Assembly: GCF_001194135.2 (NCBI RefSeq)
Contig: NC_068984.1
Coordinates: 67,870,449 to 67,903,861, forward strand
Length of the DNA: 33,413 nt
Source: Octopus bimaculoides
Lineage: Eukaryota
Direction of reading: 5' to 3'
The position numbers were made by a program, and so were the translations under genes. Below are positions 31,027 through 33,413 of the stretch, piece after piece. Below the pieces are notes generated by a model. The model made no database searches, had not been told where the DNA came from, and was given only the letters and a program-made list of their open reading frames with translations. Numbering within the stretch: the first letter of the stretch is position 1; each line of letters begins with the position of its first letter.

Positions 31027-33368
31027 AAGCTGGATTTTTTCAATCATAACCCTGGTCTTCAGGTTTCCAATTATATCATGTTTGAATAAACTCAACCGTG
31101 AAACTAAGAATAACGATAAAAGTATGTTTCAATAAAATATTGCTATTTCGTAATGACTAAATACATACAAGTACACATATGAATGTTTATATATACTTAA
31201 GTACGTATGTACGTATGTATGTATGCATGTATGTATGTGGTTGTGTATGTGTGTATGATGGACATAAAGTGTTTTCCTAAAGAGGCGAAAGAAACAGGAA
31301 CGATAAGGAGAGGGAGTGAGATGAAATTAGCAGAACAAATGATAAAATTGAATTCAAAATATAAACACCTAAAAGTAAAAATATGTAAAATGGTTAACTG
31401 AATTCAAAAATGCTTCTGGGTGTCAATATAGACGAAGTTAAATTACTGACGCAAGCTAGAATAAAATGTATACAGATATACACGCACCTGAATATACGCA
31501 TATGTATTTATATGCATTTGTAGCACATATATTATTCAACTAATCCAATAAATACAGACGTGTCAAAAATATCAAATAAGAGGGAAGGAAAAGATCTCAT
31601 TCAGTATTTGGAAAGTCAGAGGGCACAACAAGAAGGCTATATGAATGTAGGATATCTCACTCTAGTTCTGGTATATGGTCAAAGATTTCTACTGATGCTT
31701 ATCAAAGTTGCAGATCTTGCATTTACATTGTCTGTAGGTTATATTTGGCTGAGTGTTGTTTACTTAACTAACGATCTTCTTAATCTTGAATCAATATATC
31801 TTCTGCAATGGAATATACTAACTCACATATTTGTACGCGTACGAGTGTGGTAAGTGAGCTCCCATACTGTTTCCATTGGTTAATTAGAGTATAATTAAAC
31901 AAAATACCCAATGTACCAAACCTCAAGCTCGACAAGTCGCGTCGTGGTTATACTCCGCATACATGCCTGCGTTGTGTCGCCCGTAATTTTCACTATTCTC
32001 TTCGTTATGATGTTCGCTGGAATCTAAACAGTTAACTCGCCGCTTATTACATTAGTGTCAAGCAATTCTGGCCAATGTAGTTTTGTCGTTAAAGTTTTTG
32101 TTCTTTAATCTCATAGCTGCCTTGAGCGGGTATTCTGGCCGTGACTTCCTTGTATGTCACATAGACAATATATATCTAGAACACCGTGATCTATTATTCC
32201 CTTACCATTTTCAAGATGGCAGAATGTTATTTGAATAAAAGATGTTTGCTATCTGTTACAAATAATATATCCGAGAAATATATTCGTTGTCTAGACCATT
32301 TCAGTATTTATTCCTACAACCCAAATAAGAAATTTCAGTATAAATAGGGAAATTTCACTGTGAAATAGTAAATGGCAGCATAACATGATAAACTCAAGGC
32401 TGATTTGACCTTCATTGATCTGTCATTAGCAAACTGAACTGACCATCATGGCGTCACAAAATAATGATATAAACATTTACTGTGACATTTTAGCACACTT
32501 TTATCTATATTCTATTTATCATTCTGGCAAATCTTCCAAAGCAATCTCTCAGCATGCTTCCTCTCAATATCGCCAATACTTAACCACGTAATACATTACA
32601 ATAATTAACTTTACAATTAATTACATTACGAAATATTAATTTATAAGAAATTGAAACTATTCCCCATTGTGGCATTCTCTGATAATTACGCATGCTAAGT
32701 TAAATATCTTTGCATACAATTATTGATTCTATTAACAAAATAAGCTCGAAGCCAAGGTAACTTATTCATAACACAGAGACAAATATTTAGGTCTGTTGCT
32801 ACAAAATTGAGAATACACCAAAGCAAATGAAATAATAGCTAAACAATTTTGTAAAGTTGATACAGCAAGAATATGCAGTTACTTTGGGGCATATGGTAGA
32901 GTGCATAGGACGTAGTAAGTGTAAAATATATAGAAATATCGTTAAAAAGAGTGCAGTTGACTTGTCATCAGGAGTGAAGAGTCTAACGTTTCAAACAGTG
33001 TCTTTCTTCAAAGAAAAGTTGAAAGGAGAGAAATAAATGAGGCAGCAGAATTTTACATCTAAGATTAAAAAAAAAAATGGTCGCAAATATAGGCATATAC
33101 ATATATGCCAGGTTCACATACAAGGAAATGGATTCAATAATCTAGAAGTCTAAAACAAATCTAATTCAGCATGTGAGCACAATTTGCAAATAATTTTATA
33201 TGCACAACTTTCATAAACATCTATTTAGCTTCATTGCGTGACTAGACCCTCTCGCTTAATTACCATTTACGCATGTAAACTTACAATCTAGTCATCTGAA
33301 CACTTCATTATTTTGGTTAATTAACACGCTTTCAGTATCTAATAACTGAAACCAATAAAACAATAGAG

Positions 33369-33374
<6 letters not shown>

Positions 33375-33413
<39 letters not shown>
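33375..33413. repeat. (TA)n microsatellite to window end
   Basis: Directly visible. Confidence 0.95.

Overview
AT-rich eukaryotic, mostly non-coding DNA from a gapped assembly, with six N gaps that nearly all abut microsatellites. The repeat content strongly resembles what I recall of octopus/coleoid cephalopod genomes: several tRNA-headed SINE families, an RTE-type 3' tail, and dense (TA)n/(CA)n/(GA)n/(TATG)n microsatellites. No rRNA, bona fide tRNA, CRISPR or recognisable intact conserved gene was found, and most ORFs in the track are microsatellite or N artefacts. Best-supported features: (i) a decayed, internally deleted Penelope-like retroelement (RT C-terminus plus Cys-rich linker) at 18-812 (-); (ii) its terminal repeat, also present as a solo copy at ~23.8-24.0 kb, which carries a minimal type-I hammerhead-ribozyme-like motif with a non-canonical CUGUUGA core. 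More speculative: a compact spliced gene at ~10.9-11.7 kb (+) that would encode a small secreted, neuropeptide-precursor-like peptide (signal peptide plus G-KKR); a CpG-rich candidate first exon with a 14-nt microexon on the minus strand (25.9-24.2 kb); further candidate micro-exons and AG|GT recursive-splice-like sites; and inverted SINE pairs that could form dsRNA. All exon calls rest on manual splice-signal and frame reading only.
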